Shown: positions 37,923-54,272 of the stretch, in pieces
Layout: each line of letters starts with the position of its first letter
Position numbering within the stretch: the first letter of the stretch is position 1
NCBI RefSeq assembly: GCF_009914755.1
Contig: NC_060946.1
Length of the DNA stretch: 64,000 bases
Strand: one strand, 5' to 3'
DNA from: the human T2T-CHM13v2.0 reference genome, Homo sapiens
Translations under genes and position numbers: made by a program
Notes under the pieces: model-generated
Told to the model about the DNA's origin: nothing
What the model saw: the letters and a program-made list of their open reading frames with translations, nothing else
Database searches by the model: none

Positions 37923-39231
37923 GTAATCTTTAAAATAATTACATGTAGCTGCACCTCCAAGTAAAATCAGTATATTATCCAGTTATCTTTCAGTTATCCA
38001 GTAAAACAAATGAGTAATGTGTTTGGAATAGTAAAATACCCAGGCATTTTAAACTTTCACAGTGGGAGTGCGAAGGACTCCATTGTGCCATCATAAATGA
38101 AACCATTCAGAAGCTGATAATTGACTCTTTATAACTTTTTAATATGATTTCTCAAGTTAGGTGCCCTGTTCCATGCTTGGTCCTTCTTCATTATGTTTAA
38201 ATTTAGTGAATTTATTCATCATAGCAATTCTGCAAAGGAAGAGGATGATATGACCATTCTGCAGAGGAGAACATTGCAGTGCATAGATATTAAGTAACTT
38301 GCCAGTGGTTGCACAGTAAGTGGCGGGGTTAGCTCTAAAAACTGGCGACCTAGCCAAGGAGCTGCTGAGCTCTTTCCAGTGAAGAGTCTGTTGAAAAGCC
38401 TAGGCCAACAGATTCTAGAAATTAGCCTTCTAGTGTTTTCAAGATAATGTTGAATTCTGAAATGATCCATGCCATAAAATGGATACTAATAACTGCCATG
38501 GAAACATGTTCTAGGACAAGCAGAATGTGATGTCTCTGGCAGATCTTACATAACTGGTCATTTAAACAAACCTAGAGAATAATCATGCTAATATCTGAAA
38601 GAACAACTCTTCCTTGCCTGATTTTAAGTATTATGGATGTCTAAGTTCAAAAGACAGTACTCTTGATGTGCCCACCATAAGAGGACATACAGCGTTCTGG
38701 TTCATTTTCTTTGAAGTGGTATAGTAGTTTTAAAGTCTTTTTGTCAGGCTGAAAATCTGGTTTTCAATTTTTTCTGACAGATTTTAGCCCTCTTCATTGC
38801 TTTCTCTGTTCATTTGTCTTCGTACCTTTTGTTTCCAATCACTAAAACTGTGCTACGCTAAGTGCTAGCAGTTAATACACCTGTGCCCTTATTGCTCTTC
38901 CCTTGAGAGTGTCTTGTTAATCTCATGTATAGTTAACTGAGGTTTTGCCTGATTATCTTTTTTTTCCCCCTTTTGAGAAGCTGTGAATGACATTGCCTAC
39001 TTACCTAATGAGCTTTTTCCGTAGCTAACTTTACCATAATATGAGTGAACCAGATAAGGGATAACATTCATGATACTGTGATTATTTGTCTTGTTTTGTT
39101 GTTTTTGTTTTGTTTTTTTAATCTTCTAGAAAGGAATGTTTTTGATTTTGGTTCTCCAATTTAGTCCATTTTATTGCTAAAATACAAAAGTTCACGTATG
39201 AAGTTCTTGCATTCGTTTTTTTTTGGAGCAG

Positions 39232-39355
39232 GCATATGGGCAACAAAGCTATGGAACCTATGGACAGCCCACTGATGTCAGCTATACCCAGGCTCAGACC
39301 ACTGCAACCTATGGGCAGACCGCCTATGCAACTTCTTATGGACAGCCTCCCACTG
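39232..39355 (+). CDS. EWSR1: EWSR1 exon 4 (AYGQQSYGTYGQP...YGQPPT)
   Basis: GAGCAG tandem acceptor / GTAAGG, 124 nt, SYGQ-rich low-complexity domain. Confidence 0.95.
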
Positions 39356-39755
39356 GTAAGGCCTGCCTTGGAGAGATTTTTGGGTCGTTCTGGCTAGGGC
39401 ATTGGCTAAGAAGCTTATTAGTCATGCTTTCGGATGTATATTCTGGTCCATACCTTGGCATCTGGGGAATCCTTTATTCTTTGGAAGAGGTATTTTTTCT
39501 CTTTCTTCCCTACTCTTATAGTCTTGAGAGATCTCCAATAGAATGTGGGTGGGATAAATTCCAAGAGAGAAAAGAACTTTTAACTGTTTGAATAATCTCA
39601 CGATGAAATGGAGACTATGTAAAAGATTTTGCTAATGCTAATACTGAGTAAGAATGAGTCTTCTTAAATTGAGCTGCTTAAAAATCAAACTGGTTTTCAC
39701 ATGTTTGCTTCATCTGATAGTGTACCCTCTACTTTTTGTTTTGTGCTTTCCACAG

Positions 39756-39773
39756 TAGAAGGGACCAGTACAG
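39756..39773 (+). CDS. EWSR1: EWSR1 alternative 18-nt microexon (inserts VEGTST)
   Basis: ttccacAG / CAG|GTTTGA, phase 1/1, frame-preserving; matches a known longer EWSR1 isoform as I recall it. Confidence 0.85.
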
Positions 39774-42700
39774 GTTTGACTATCCTGCTCATTCTTGCAT
39801 GGGAAATGCTTTCCATCTTGTCTAACCCTGTAATGTTAATCCTTTAGGTGTTTTCATTTGTTGAACCCCCAAACTTTCTAACATCACACACAGCAAGGTG
39901 CTAATGAAAAACTGCTTCAGGTGCCATTTGCAGATCCATGTCCTATTCTTTATATGATTTTGGGAAAGGTTTTTTTATTTAATATTACTTTGTTTCAAGC
40001 CTTAATAATAGTTATTTACCTTCCCAAAGGTATTTCAGGTGATTTCTCCCCAGCTGATTTTCCCCTGTTCCCTGAAGGATAGATTGCATGATGAGATTTA
40101 TTTAGAGGAGCAGACTGCCACCCTGCATGTATCATGTTTGTCTATTGGTTGGTTTCTAGTCCAGACACATTTTATTTTCTGTTTTAAGTGTTATGAATTA
40201 TTTTAATCCATGGTATGTCTTGAATATATATAACATTATTCCAAGATACTAAAAAATAAACTATTCTAAGAATTAGAAGAAATTGTATTCCGATACTGAG
40301 GTTGGGTGGGATACATGAAAAACCTATGATAATTTTTTTGTGTTCAGTGCTGTGTAATGTTTCAGGCTGTCTCCCCCTGCCCTTTTATTATTGCTGTTAT
40401 AAAAGACTCTAATAAAGTCTTAAAGATATCAGAGCTCTTACTTTCAAACTGTCTTTAGTTCTCCAAATTATATATAGTCCAGTTAAGGGGAAAAACCTGT
40501 CTGTAATTTATCTCATTGAGTACCAGTGTCCTGATTTTGATGGGAAGTAATTCCTAACCCTTCTAGGGTGTTTCTCAAATAGGATGGGAAATGTTTATCT
40601 AAACTTTCTAGTGGTGTTAATTGCAGCTGTGGGAAGAGCTGGAACTAAGGTTATGCAGTTTGGATTTTTTAGCATAGAATTTTGAAATTGTGAGATAAAC
40701 TTCATGTATTAAAGCCATTACATTTTTTAAAACAAGCATGATGTGAAAGTTAATGTGGCCTAGATCTAGCCTTCCGAATCCTTAGATCATTTTACAGGAA
40801 TGAGACGGAGTGATTTATAGGCAAATTAATGGTTCTCTAGAGCCATGTATCACATTGTCGTTGGTTGAGAAATCCCCATCATGACTGTGGGCCTAAAAAG
40901 TACAGGTCATTCTAGTTTAGAGACTAGTAGCTTTGATGAGCTGGAGATTGCACTTAGTAATAATAATGTTTGTATAAAATTCACAGTTTATAGAGTGGCC
41001 TTCTTGTCTCCCTTAATCCTCCCAAGAACTTTTGGGGTATAAAAACACCAAAATTAAGCCTGATGAGCAAACTGTGTGAACAAAACTTAGCAGGAGCCTA
41101 ATTGGTAGTGCGTGGGTTCAAGCACACATGCTGCATTTTTCCTTACCTCATACTGCCTTTACACATGAAAGTTATCGGATAGTCATTGGAGGGAATACAT
41201 AGAAATACACTGTTCTCTTCTAGGATTTTTAAAAATTAAACTTCAGAAGAAAGGGGTTATATAAACCTCAATTCAATGGAATTCTTAAAAACTTCTTAAT
41301 TTTTACGTTGAACAAAAGTTTTGGTTTGTGTAATATTTCTTACCACCTTTTTCCTTCAAGTTGTCAGCACATAGTAGGTGTGTTTTCTTTTTTTGCCACT
41401 GGTCTTTTGTTTTTTTGTTTTTTTGTTTTTTTTTTTGGTCATTAAATCATTTTGCTCTGTTGATTTTTGTTCATTTTGCTTGGCTGCTTTTGTGGGTACT
41501 ACAGATTAATTAAAAGGTTATTTATTAACCCAGTGTCTATTGCTGTAATCTTTAGCATGACAAGGCCCTAACTGTTGCTGCATAGTTTTATGACATGAGT
41601 TATTGCCCTGATCACTTTTAGTTTTTTGTTTTTTTAATTGCCCTCCTTGTAAATCTTATAGACGTGTCATGTAGTGGGGTGTAATCGGTATATGAACGGT
41701 AGGGTAGATGGTATTAGATTCTAATTTAAATAAATGAATGCCTTATGTGGTTGACCTTAGGACTCTGCAAAAACTTAAGCAGTTCAGATGAACAACATGC
41801 CAACTCAAAAACTTTTATTGCTTGGGGCTTCCTGTTTTCTGGAACTATGTATACTTTCATACACATTTTAACTCAGCAGTTTTGACAAGGACATTACTAT
41901 CTCTGTGTATAATTTCAGAATTTCCTTTTAATATTTGAGGTAGAGAAGAAAGAGTATTATTATATTCTGTGCTACAAATGGTGATTGTACAAAAGGAAGC
42001 TGATACTTGTTTCTGGCCAGTACATGAGGACACTTTAAGGCCCTAAATCTTAACTAAAATGGGCAGTCTTGATTCAGGATTTATTTTAAATATGGAAGCT
42101 TTTTCTTTAGTGAGATGTAGACTTTTTTTTTGGATATAAATGCCAGCACCTAGACCAAAGTTTTGTTTTGTTTTGTTTTTTTAAGATAGGGTCTCTGTTG
42201 CCTAGGCTGGATCTTACTGCAGCCTTGACCTCCCAGCCTCAAGCAGTCCACCCACCTCAGCCTCCCAAGTAGCTGGGACTGAAGGCTCACGCCACCATGC
42301 CCAGCTAAGTTTGTTTATTTTTTGTAGAGGCGAGGTCTCACTATATTGCCCAGGGTGGTCTCTAACTCCTAAACTCAAGCAGTCCTCCCACCTCAGCCTC
42401 CCAAAGTGTAAACCAAACTTTTTATTGCATGGCTTAATTGTACCCATTGACCATGAGGAAGAAGAGTCCAGCACCAGGAATGGTTGTAACACCTCCTACA
42501 GGAAAGGTACTCTAGTTAGGAGCTGCAGACTTTCGTGGTTTTGGTCATGCTCCACGCCGAAGTCCCGAAGGGAAAGGCATGGATCCTGCCTGGTCTGGCA
42601 GAGGCAGGAGCTAGGGATAGAATGCATCTTGCTTTGCAGCATACCTGTGAAACCAGGTTTTTTCTGACACCTGGTTAGTGAAATACTGAAGGGGAGGAGA

Positions 42701-43520
42701 GACTCTAGGGTTTACCTCCAATATTGCTGAGCAGGAAAAAGGCCTTTTGCTTGTGGTAGGTAAGTAAGAGGAATGGAGCTGAGTAACTTGATAACGAGGC
42801 AGGAATCTGCTTTATGATGTGAAAACATTACCTTTTAAATGTTTGTTTGGAGCAATATCGAAGTTTAATTTTAAATAATTTACAAAAAAAGGATAAACTG
42901 TGTTAAGCAACTATAATTTATAGCTTATTTTTATTAATCATGTGCTCAAGTAATTAAGCTTGTGCTTCACATGATGTTAGTGCTTGGGACCAAAAGAAAG
43001 TGATTAAATTAATTACTACCCAAATTACAGGTTTTAGTGCTAGAACTAGTACCTGGATCATTTTCTAATTATTTTAAAATGCTATGTCATTTGCCTTTTA
43101 CCTTTTCTTCTGGGATGTTTTATTCCTGCTTGAGGGTATTTTGGGGTAAGTTTGTTTACAAACTTGTTAAGACGACCTGCTAGCAAAATCAGTACAGACT
43201 TGGCAAAAACAGACTTGTCTCCTATTCACAGCATTCAAGAGGGGGCAGAAGGAACCCTGTTTTCTGTAGCATGACATGCCATTTCTGTTAGGTGTGGTTT
43301 TAGAGCAAATGAGACAGTTACTTTACCAAAAACTAGGTACATTCAGAGAACTTAGGCTTTAAATACCAGTTTGTTGCTACTCTTGCGGAAGGGGGAATAT
43401 TTAAAGGGATTCAATATCCTGATGGTTTAAAGTAAGTGGTTTACAAATTGTTCTGATAATGAGTGTCTAGGCAGATCTCTGAGGGGACCTGAAATCTGAT
43501 GCAGCTCTCCTTTGTTCTAG

Positions 43521-43707
43521 GTTATACTACTCCAACTGCCCCCCAGGCATACAGCCAGCCTGTCCAGGGGTATGGCACTGGTGCTTATGATACCACCACT
43601 GCTACAGTCACCACCACCCAGGCCTCCTATGCAGCTCAGTCTGCATATGGCACTCAGCCTGCTTATCCAGCCTATGGGCAGCAGCCAGCAGCCACTGCAC
43701 CTACAAG
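43521..43707 (+). CDS. EWSR1: EWSR1 exon 5 (GYTTPTAPQAY...AATAPTR)
   Basis: ttctAG / GTAAGG, 187 nt. Confidence 0.95.
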
Positions 43708-44095
43708 GTAAGGCCATGGTGTCCTTAATGCGTCAGTCTTATGTTGGAGGGAAAGAAAGCAACTGTGTACACTTAAAATAATCTGTGGTTTAGTTCCTTA
43801 TTAGTGGTTGCTTTCATATACTCTCAGATGTTCACTGTTAGTAACTGATGTGCTAGAACATACCACAGAAATATTCTGCATTTAACAGTGAAATTGGCTG
43901 GGCGCGGTTTCTCATGCCTGTAATTCTAGCTCTTTGGGAGGCCGAGGCGGGCGGATCATATAAGGTCAGGAGTTTGAAACCAGCCTGGCCAACATGGTGA
44001 AACCCCGTCTCTACTAAAAATGCAAAAAAACCGGCAGGGCGCAGTGGCTCACGCCTGTAATCCCAGCACTTTGGGAGGCCGAGGCAGGGGGATCA

Positions 44096-44477
<382 letters not shown>

Positions 44478-45536
44478 TCACCTCAAAAAAAAAAAAAAGT
44501 GAAATGGTGCTATCGAAGGGTCAAAATGAGGAATGGCACTGAATAGGTTCTCTGGTTTCAGAATGACCTTTTAGGGTAGGAGAAGGCTATTGTTTTTAAA
44601 CCCAGAAGAAGAGAGAGAGAGAGTGTGTGTGTGTGTGTTTTCACTCAAAACAGCATAACTGATAGAATTGTACTTTTGAATTGTACTTTTGATGCTTTTA
44701 TCTTTGATTTCATTGACCCTGTAAATGGGTAACCGCTTTCTCTTTGGCAAAAACATGGTAGTTCACACAGGCAGGAGGGGAAGGGAGCATCATGTGAGTC
44801 AAGAAATGGTCGTATGACCTAATTGTCTGGAAAGGACATAACCATATTCAAGAAATCAAACATTACTGTCTCGGCTTAAGCAATTGACATGACTTCCCTA
44901 CGTTGTATAGAGGCTTAATCTAAATATTATAGGCAAATAAAAATTCTTAACTGGGTACCCTGCTATAGGATGAGCAGAGCTCATACCCCATGACTGGTTA
45001 GCAGGTAAACAGTATAATTATTACTTAACAAAAGATTTTAGATCTTTGCTTTAGGCAGTCACTTAACTGGCTTGTGTATACAGTCTTGAAAGGACATTGA
45101 ATTCTGGTTTGAAAGAAGACATTTTAGGAAATCAACTTCTAACCTAGATATATCTGCTCTAGAGGTAAGAAATTAGCTCTGACAAACACTCGTGAAATTA
45201 CTTTTAAAATGCACAGTGAGTAATCGGAGCCGCTTGGCAATTTACCCTTGGTAGACCACCTTTGCAGTAGCTAAGTTAAACTTAGTGGCTTATTCCTGAA
45301 AGGCCTCATTTCCGAGTGTCATCAGATGTATGAAGTCCCATTTGATACTCTGATGCAACAGTATATCCAAGCCATATCTGGAGGGTTTTATATATGAATT
45401 GGGTTTTGATAAGTCATCCTTTTTTTTTCTTTTCACATGTTACCACTTTAAAACAGCTGTCTGTCTCATAATCAGTGGCAACTGCTTTTTCGACTGGAAA
45501 AGGGTATGGGACCTATTTCAGCTCAGGAAAAGTTAG

Positions 45537-45794
<258 letters not shown>

Positions 45795-46351
45795 TGATCC
45801 GCCTGCCTTGGCCTCCCAAAGTGCTGGGATTACAGGTGTGAGCCACCGCACCCGGCCTGCCTGTTGATTCTTTGGACTTTGCTTAAAATATTAATAGCTC
45901 TAACTCAGTCTGCTGCAGCCTTGATGTAAAGTGTTAGGGCCAAGAGGTAATAGAAACCCCTGGAGTTTTCCTTGGAACTGAGATTAATTTTCGTCATTTA
46001 ACAGGGATACTTACTTCCAGGTTCATCTGAGCAGGGACTTGGGAGGGGTCTCTTTGCCTTACTCTGGTGTTTCCATTACGGAGACTTTGAGCCAAGTTAG
46101 ATTAGTTTATGGCAGCCCAGTTTAGGAAATGATTTTTTTCTGGTTGGTTGGATGGTTTGGTTGGTTTTTTTTTTTTTTTTAAGATGGAGTTTTGCACTTG
46201 TTGTCCAGGCTAGAGTGCGATGGCACAATCTCGGCTCGCTGGAGCCTCCGCCTCCGGGGTTCAAGTGATTCTCCTGCCTCAGCCTCCTGAGTAGCTGGGA
46301 TTACAGGTGCCCGCCACTCTGCCCAGCTAATTTTGTGTGTGTGTGTGTGTT

Positions 46352-46389
<38 letters not shown>

Positions 46390-46390
46390 A

Positions 46391-46582
<192 letters not shown>

Positions 46583-47876
46583 TAGTCTCGATCTCCTGAC
46601 CTCGTGATCCTCCTGTCTCAGCCTCCCAAAGTTCTGGGATTATAGGTGTGAACCACCGCTACCGGCCAATTTTTTGTATTTCTAGTAGAGACGGGGTTTC
46701 TCCATGTTGGCCAGGCTGGTGTCCAACTCCTGACATCATGCAATCCACCTGCCTTGGCCTCCCAAAGTGCTGGGATTATAGGCATGAGCCACCGCACCTG
46801 GCAGTTTGTTTTTTTTGAGATGGAGTCTCTCTGTTGCCCAGGATGGAGTACACGATCAACAGCTCACTGCAGCCTTCACCTCCCATGCCCCAGCAGTCCT
46901 CCCACCTCAGTCTTCCAAGTAGCTGAGACCACAGGCATGTACCACCATACCTGGCTAATATTTTTCTATTTCTGTAGAGGTGGGGTCTCCCTATATTACC
47001 AGGCTGGTCTGAAACTCCTGGGCTCAAACCATCCTCCTGCCTCAGCCTCCCAAAGTGCTGGGATTTTTTTTGTTTGTTTGTTTTTGAGACGGAGTCTTGC
47101 TCTGTCGCCCAGGCTGGAGTGCAGTGGCGCGATCTCGGCTCACTGCCAGCTCCGCCTCCTGGGTTCACGCCATTCTCCTGCCTCAGCTTCCTGAGTAGCT
47201 GGGACTACAGGCGCCCACCACCATGCCTGGCTAATTTTTTTTTCTGTATTTTTAGTAGAGACAGGGTTTCACTGTCTTAGCCAGGATGGTCTCAATCTGC
47301 TGACCTCGTGATCCGCCCTCCTCGGCCTCCCAAAGTGCTGGGATTATAGGCATGAGCCATTCTCGCCTGGCCTTGACCTGGTCTGTTTTTAATAAATGAG
47401 AAACATAAACCCACAAATTCTCTAAATTTATGATGCCATGGACTTACGTAAATGTTACTTCAACCTAAAACTTAACATTATTGTTAGTTTCTGGTCTTCA
47501 GCAGTCCCCTTTGAGAAAAAGCATTTATTCCCTAACAGATCACTTCTCCCGGATCACCTAAACTGGTAGCACACAATATCGCAACGCACTTTTATAGCGT
47601 TTACTGTGATGAATGGAGCATATTAATGTCTCTTCTGTGGATATGATTGATTCTCCCCCTTCCTTAGTGTTGTCTTCAAGCAAATATAGTTGGACCGACA
47701 CTGAGTTTGATGTAGTTTACTTTAGGATTGTATTTATTATTGTATTTATTTCCAGGCTTAATCATAACATTGCTTATTGCTCGTAGCTTTGTAGCATTCT
47801 TACCCAGGAGTTTTGTGGTTGACCAACCACACAAAAAAAGTCACTTTTTAATTTTATTTATTATTTCTCCTCTTAG

Positions 47877-48044
47877 ACCGCAGGATGGAAACAAGCCCAC
47901 TGAGACTAGTCAACCTCAATCTAGCACAGGGGGTTACAACCAGCCCAGCCTAGGATATGGACAGAGTAACTACAGTTATCCCCAGGTACCTGGGAGCTAC
48001 CCCATGCAGCCAGTCACTGCACCTCCATCCTACCCTCCTACCAG
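47877..48044 (+). CDS. EWSR1: EWSR1 exon 6 (PQDGNKPTETSQ...SYPPTS)
   Basis: tcttAG / GTCAGT, 168 nt. Confidence 0.95.
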
Positions 48045-48214
48045 GTCAGTCTACTTTTTGTGGCAAAACAAAAACAGTGACAAAACAGTTTTTTTCAGGT
48101 TGTTGACCAGCTTGCTTTGACTTCTTCAGCTAAGGTATGTTATCTGACTGTCGCAGTGATAAGTCATCTGACCATACTTGGTTACATTAAAGCCTGAGAT
48201 CTAGGGTCCCATAG

Positions 48215-48529
<315 letters not shown>

Positions 48530-49031
48530 TGAGCCACCGCACCCGGCCCAGCTAATAACTATTCTTTCTAAATACAAAAACATTTTTACCACTCTAAGTT
48601 CTTTCTTTAAGTTTCTTCCTTTTGCTGTTTTAGTTAACTCAGATGGGAAGCAGAAGTATATGAAAGCATGTAAATAGATGTAAGAGCCATCTTCCCCAAT
48701 GCAGTTAGGATAAGTAAAGCGCAGGGCATTATAATTCACCTTAATCATTTTACATTTTACCTAACACATAAAGGTTTATTCATGCACTAACCTTTTAATG
48801 TATGGGCCAACTCTTTTTATTTTATTTTTATTATTATCGCCTGGCCAAGTTTTCTTTTTTGAGACAGAGTCTCACTCTGTTGCACAGGCTGGAGTGCAGT
48901 GGCACGATCTCCGCTCACTGCAACCTCTGCCTCCTAGGGATTCTCATGCCTCAGCCTCCCGAGTAGCTGGGACTGCAAGTGCATGCCACCACACCTGACT
49001 AACTTTTCTTTTTGTTTTATTGTTGTTTTGA

Positions 49032-49136
<105 letters not shown>

Positions 49137-49143
49137 TGAGTAG

Positions 49144-49498
<355 letters not shown>

Positions 49499-49603
49499 TA
49501 GTAGAGACGGGGTTTCTCCATGTTGGTCAGGCTGGTCTTGAACTCCCATCCTCAGGTGATCCGCCTGCCTCGGCCTCCCAAAGTGCTGGGAATACAGGCA
49601 TGA

Positions 49604-49744
<141 letters not shown>

Positions 49745-50410
49745 TGAGCCACCATGCCCAGCCTGCAAGTTTTCTTAACCCATGTTTAATTAGATGTGGG
49801 TTTTCAAATTGTTTGAATTGTGCCCTGAAAGTTTTGCTAGAAGTAGCGGTTCCCTTTTTTGCACTCATTTCATTGTTTTGCAGCAGATGTGAACAGGTTT
49901 AGGAACAAGTAGAATTGATTGGGTGTCTCTCCATACAGCCAGCTTGGAGCAAAAGTGGGTAGGGCTTACAACCCTTCTTCCACAGAGCAGGTTCGTACCT
50001 ATTGCATTGAGAGCAGTTAATAGCAGTTAATCTGGCAAGTTGGATAGGTACACAGTGAGAGATTATTGAATTCATACAGCAATGGTGAGGGATGTGGTGT
50101 GTTAGAAGCTTTGTTTGTTTGTTTATTTTTGGAGACCGGGTCTCACTCTGTTGTCCAGGCTGGGGTACAGTGACACAGTCGTAGCCCCCTGTAGCCTCGA
50201 ACTTCCTGGCCTAGTTTAATCGGACTTTAAAATATGTGTCCTTACTGTTTCTCATCATGATTTGTAAAGCTTAATACCAGATGGGTTTTTTTGTTTTTGT
50301 GTGTGTTTTGTTTTGTTTTTTTGAGACGGAGTTTCACTCCTGTTACCTAGGCTGGAGTGCAATGGTGCGATCTTGGCTCACCGCAACCCTCGCCTCCCAG
50401 GTTAAAGTGA

Positions 50411-50969
<559 letters not shown>

Positions 50970-51186
50970 TAATTGACATAATCTTAATATTTGTCTTTCA
51001 TACAATTCCTTCATTCTGAAGTTTCCTCTATTAATACTCAGATTTCATAGTTAATCAGGCATGTCTGAAAGATTGAAAGTAGCAAAGACAAATCTTTGAG
51101 GGAAAACTACTATTTTTGTGTTGAGTACCCTTATCCCTTCAGAAAATCGTTAACTCGAGATTATTGGCGGGCAGGCTTGGAACTGA

Positions 51187-51531
<345 letters not shown>

Positions 51532-51956
51532 TAGCCAGGATGGTCTCGATCTCTTGACCTCATGATGTGCCTGCCTCGGCCTCCCAAAGTGCTGAGATTA
51601 CAAGCGTGAGCCACCGCACCCGGCCTGATTTTTTGGGTTTTTTTTTGGAGACGGAATCTTCACTCTGTTCCCGAGTCGCCAAGGCTGGAGTACAGTAGCG
51701 GATCTCAGCTCACTGCAAACTCCACCTCCCGGGTTCATGCCATTCCCCCAGCCTCAGCCTTCCAAAGTGCTGGGATTACAGGCATGAGCCTCCGCTCCCA
51801 GCTGAAAATGACCATTGTTTTAAATGGGAGTGGCGATTAAGAGAAAACTCTTTAAGGATTATACAGATGGTGGTTATAATATTTCCCCCTCCCAGCTGGG
51901 CACCGTGGCTCATGCCTGTAATCCCAGCACTTTGGGAGGCCGAGGTGGGCGGATCA

Positions 51957-52208
<252 letters not shown>

Positions 52209-52408
52209 TTACCCTCCCATTTAATGTTTTATTCTGAACACAAAAGTATTTGCTGAGTTGAAATTCAAATTGTTGATGTGTAGAAAGTAACTACTGTTTT
52301 ATGGATGTCTGTGTCACATGGTGTGAATGTCTCTTTTATTCAGGGGATTTGAAATAACAAGCCTCTTTCTAAAAAAGCTTTTTTTTTTTTCTCTTCTCTC
52401 TCTTTCAG

Positions 52409-52620
52409 CTATTCCTCTACACAGCCGACTAGTTATGATCAGAGCAGTTACTCTCAGCAGAACACCTATGGGCAACCGAGCAGCTATGGACAGCAGAGTA
52501 GCTATGGTCAACAAAGCAGCTATGGGCAGCAACCTCCCACTAGTTACCCACCCCAAACTGGATCCTACAGCCAAGCTCCAAGTCAATATAGCCAACAGAG
52601 CAGCAGCTACGGGCAGCAGA
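52409..52620 (+). CDS. EWSR1: EWSR1 exon 7 (YSSTQPTSYDQ...SSYGQQ), last exon retained in the commonest EWSR1 fusions
   Basis: tttcAG / GTGAGT, 212 nt, 18-nt SYGQQS repeats. Confidence 0.95.
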
Positions 52621-52655
52621 GTGAGTTGCTAAGAGAGAAAACCAAATAAGAATGA

Positions 52656-53063
<408 letters not shown>

Positions 53064-54091
53064 TAGGGCATGGCATTCCAGCTAACATCTTGGATGCCCC
53101 AGTGAAGATTTCAGTGCTTTTTTCCAATTTGTTTTTAGTATGCCTTGGCAAAAAAGAAAAGAGATACTAATTGATCAGAAAAAATGTTTTAGACTGCTAG
53201 CCCTGCTGTCTTTGGGGAAGTTGTATGCAGTGAGTAAATTCAACATCGTTTTTGGCCTCCCTATCAGTCATTAATGTAAAGTGGGGAGGCAGCTATTGCA
53301 GGCCACTATGATTTTGATAGTCAAGTAAAAGCTATGTTTTTTTGTTGCTGTTTGTTTATATCCATTAAGGGGAAAAATGGCCAGGCATGGTGGCTCACAC
53401 CTGTAATCCCAGCACTTTGGGGGAGGCCAAGGCAGGAGGATCACTTGAGACCAGGAGTTTGAGACCACCCTGGGCAACATAGTGAGACCCTGTCTTTTTA
53501 AAGATAAATAAAGATTCTTTAAGAAAATAGAAAAGGAAAGGGGGAAAAATAATCCTCCTCACAGAATATTTGCAGTTCTTCTGTATGGAGAGAGGTAACC
53601 AAAACACATAATTATCTTCAGAATTTAGGATCATTGCTCTTTTTAAATTACATTCTATCCACGGGGATTTCTCAACAACTCAAAGGAGTAGTGTTGATTT
53701 ATGGAGCTCAGCCCCTAGCAGTGTGCTAAAGCCCTAAGAAACCTGGCTCTGTTTTCATTTCTTGAGTTTAGCTCAAAAGAAGCTGCTTTTGGAGACATCT
53801 TAGGATATAGAACCCTATAAACTATATGTTAGCCAGAGGGCTTTTTTTGTTGTTGTTATTTAGAAGAGGTTTATTATAGGCTAACTATATAAGGTTATTT
53901 CAGCTGTGATGATCCAGCAGTTTTGTTGAACTTAAAAGAGCCTACCTATTAAGGATGCTTTATCGTGATGTAAAGAAGATGGTGCCTTGGTTAGTGCCTT
54001 GGAATTGAGGATTTTGTGATTCCAGGAGAAAGTACATCAGGCAGTGGTGTAAATGCTGGTCCATGGCTTACAGATGTGACTCTTTCCTCAG

Positions 54092-54272
54092 GTTCATTCC
54101 GACAGGACCACCCCAGTAGCATGGGTGTTTATGGGCAGGAGTCTGGAGGATTTTCCGGACCAGGAGAGAACCGGAGCATGAGTGGCCCTGATAACCGGGG
54201 CAGGGGAAGAGGGGGATTTGATCGTGGAGGCATGAGCAGAGGTGGGCGGGGAGGAGGACGCGGTGGAATGGG
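54092..54272 (+). CDS. EWSR1: EWSR1 exon 8 (SFRQDHPSSMG...RGGRGGGRGGMG), RGG1
   Basis: cctcAG / GTAAGA, 181 nt. Confidence 0.95.

Noticed and set aside
40085-40200. ATGATGA box-C-like motifs in EWSR1 introns (also ~57882, ~63245)
   Set aside because: No suitably placed CTGA box D with a terminal stem; no snoRNA call supportable.
52530-52532. Gln codon CAA in exon 7 where I recall CAG in the reference mRNA
   Set aside because: Synonymous and dependent on memory; needs alignment to the reference before claiming a variant or non-human origin.
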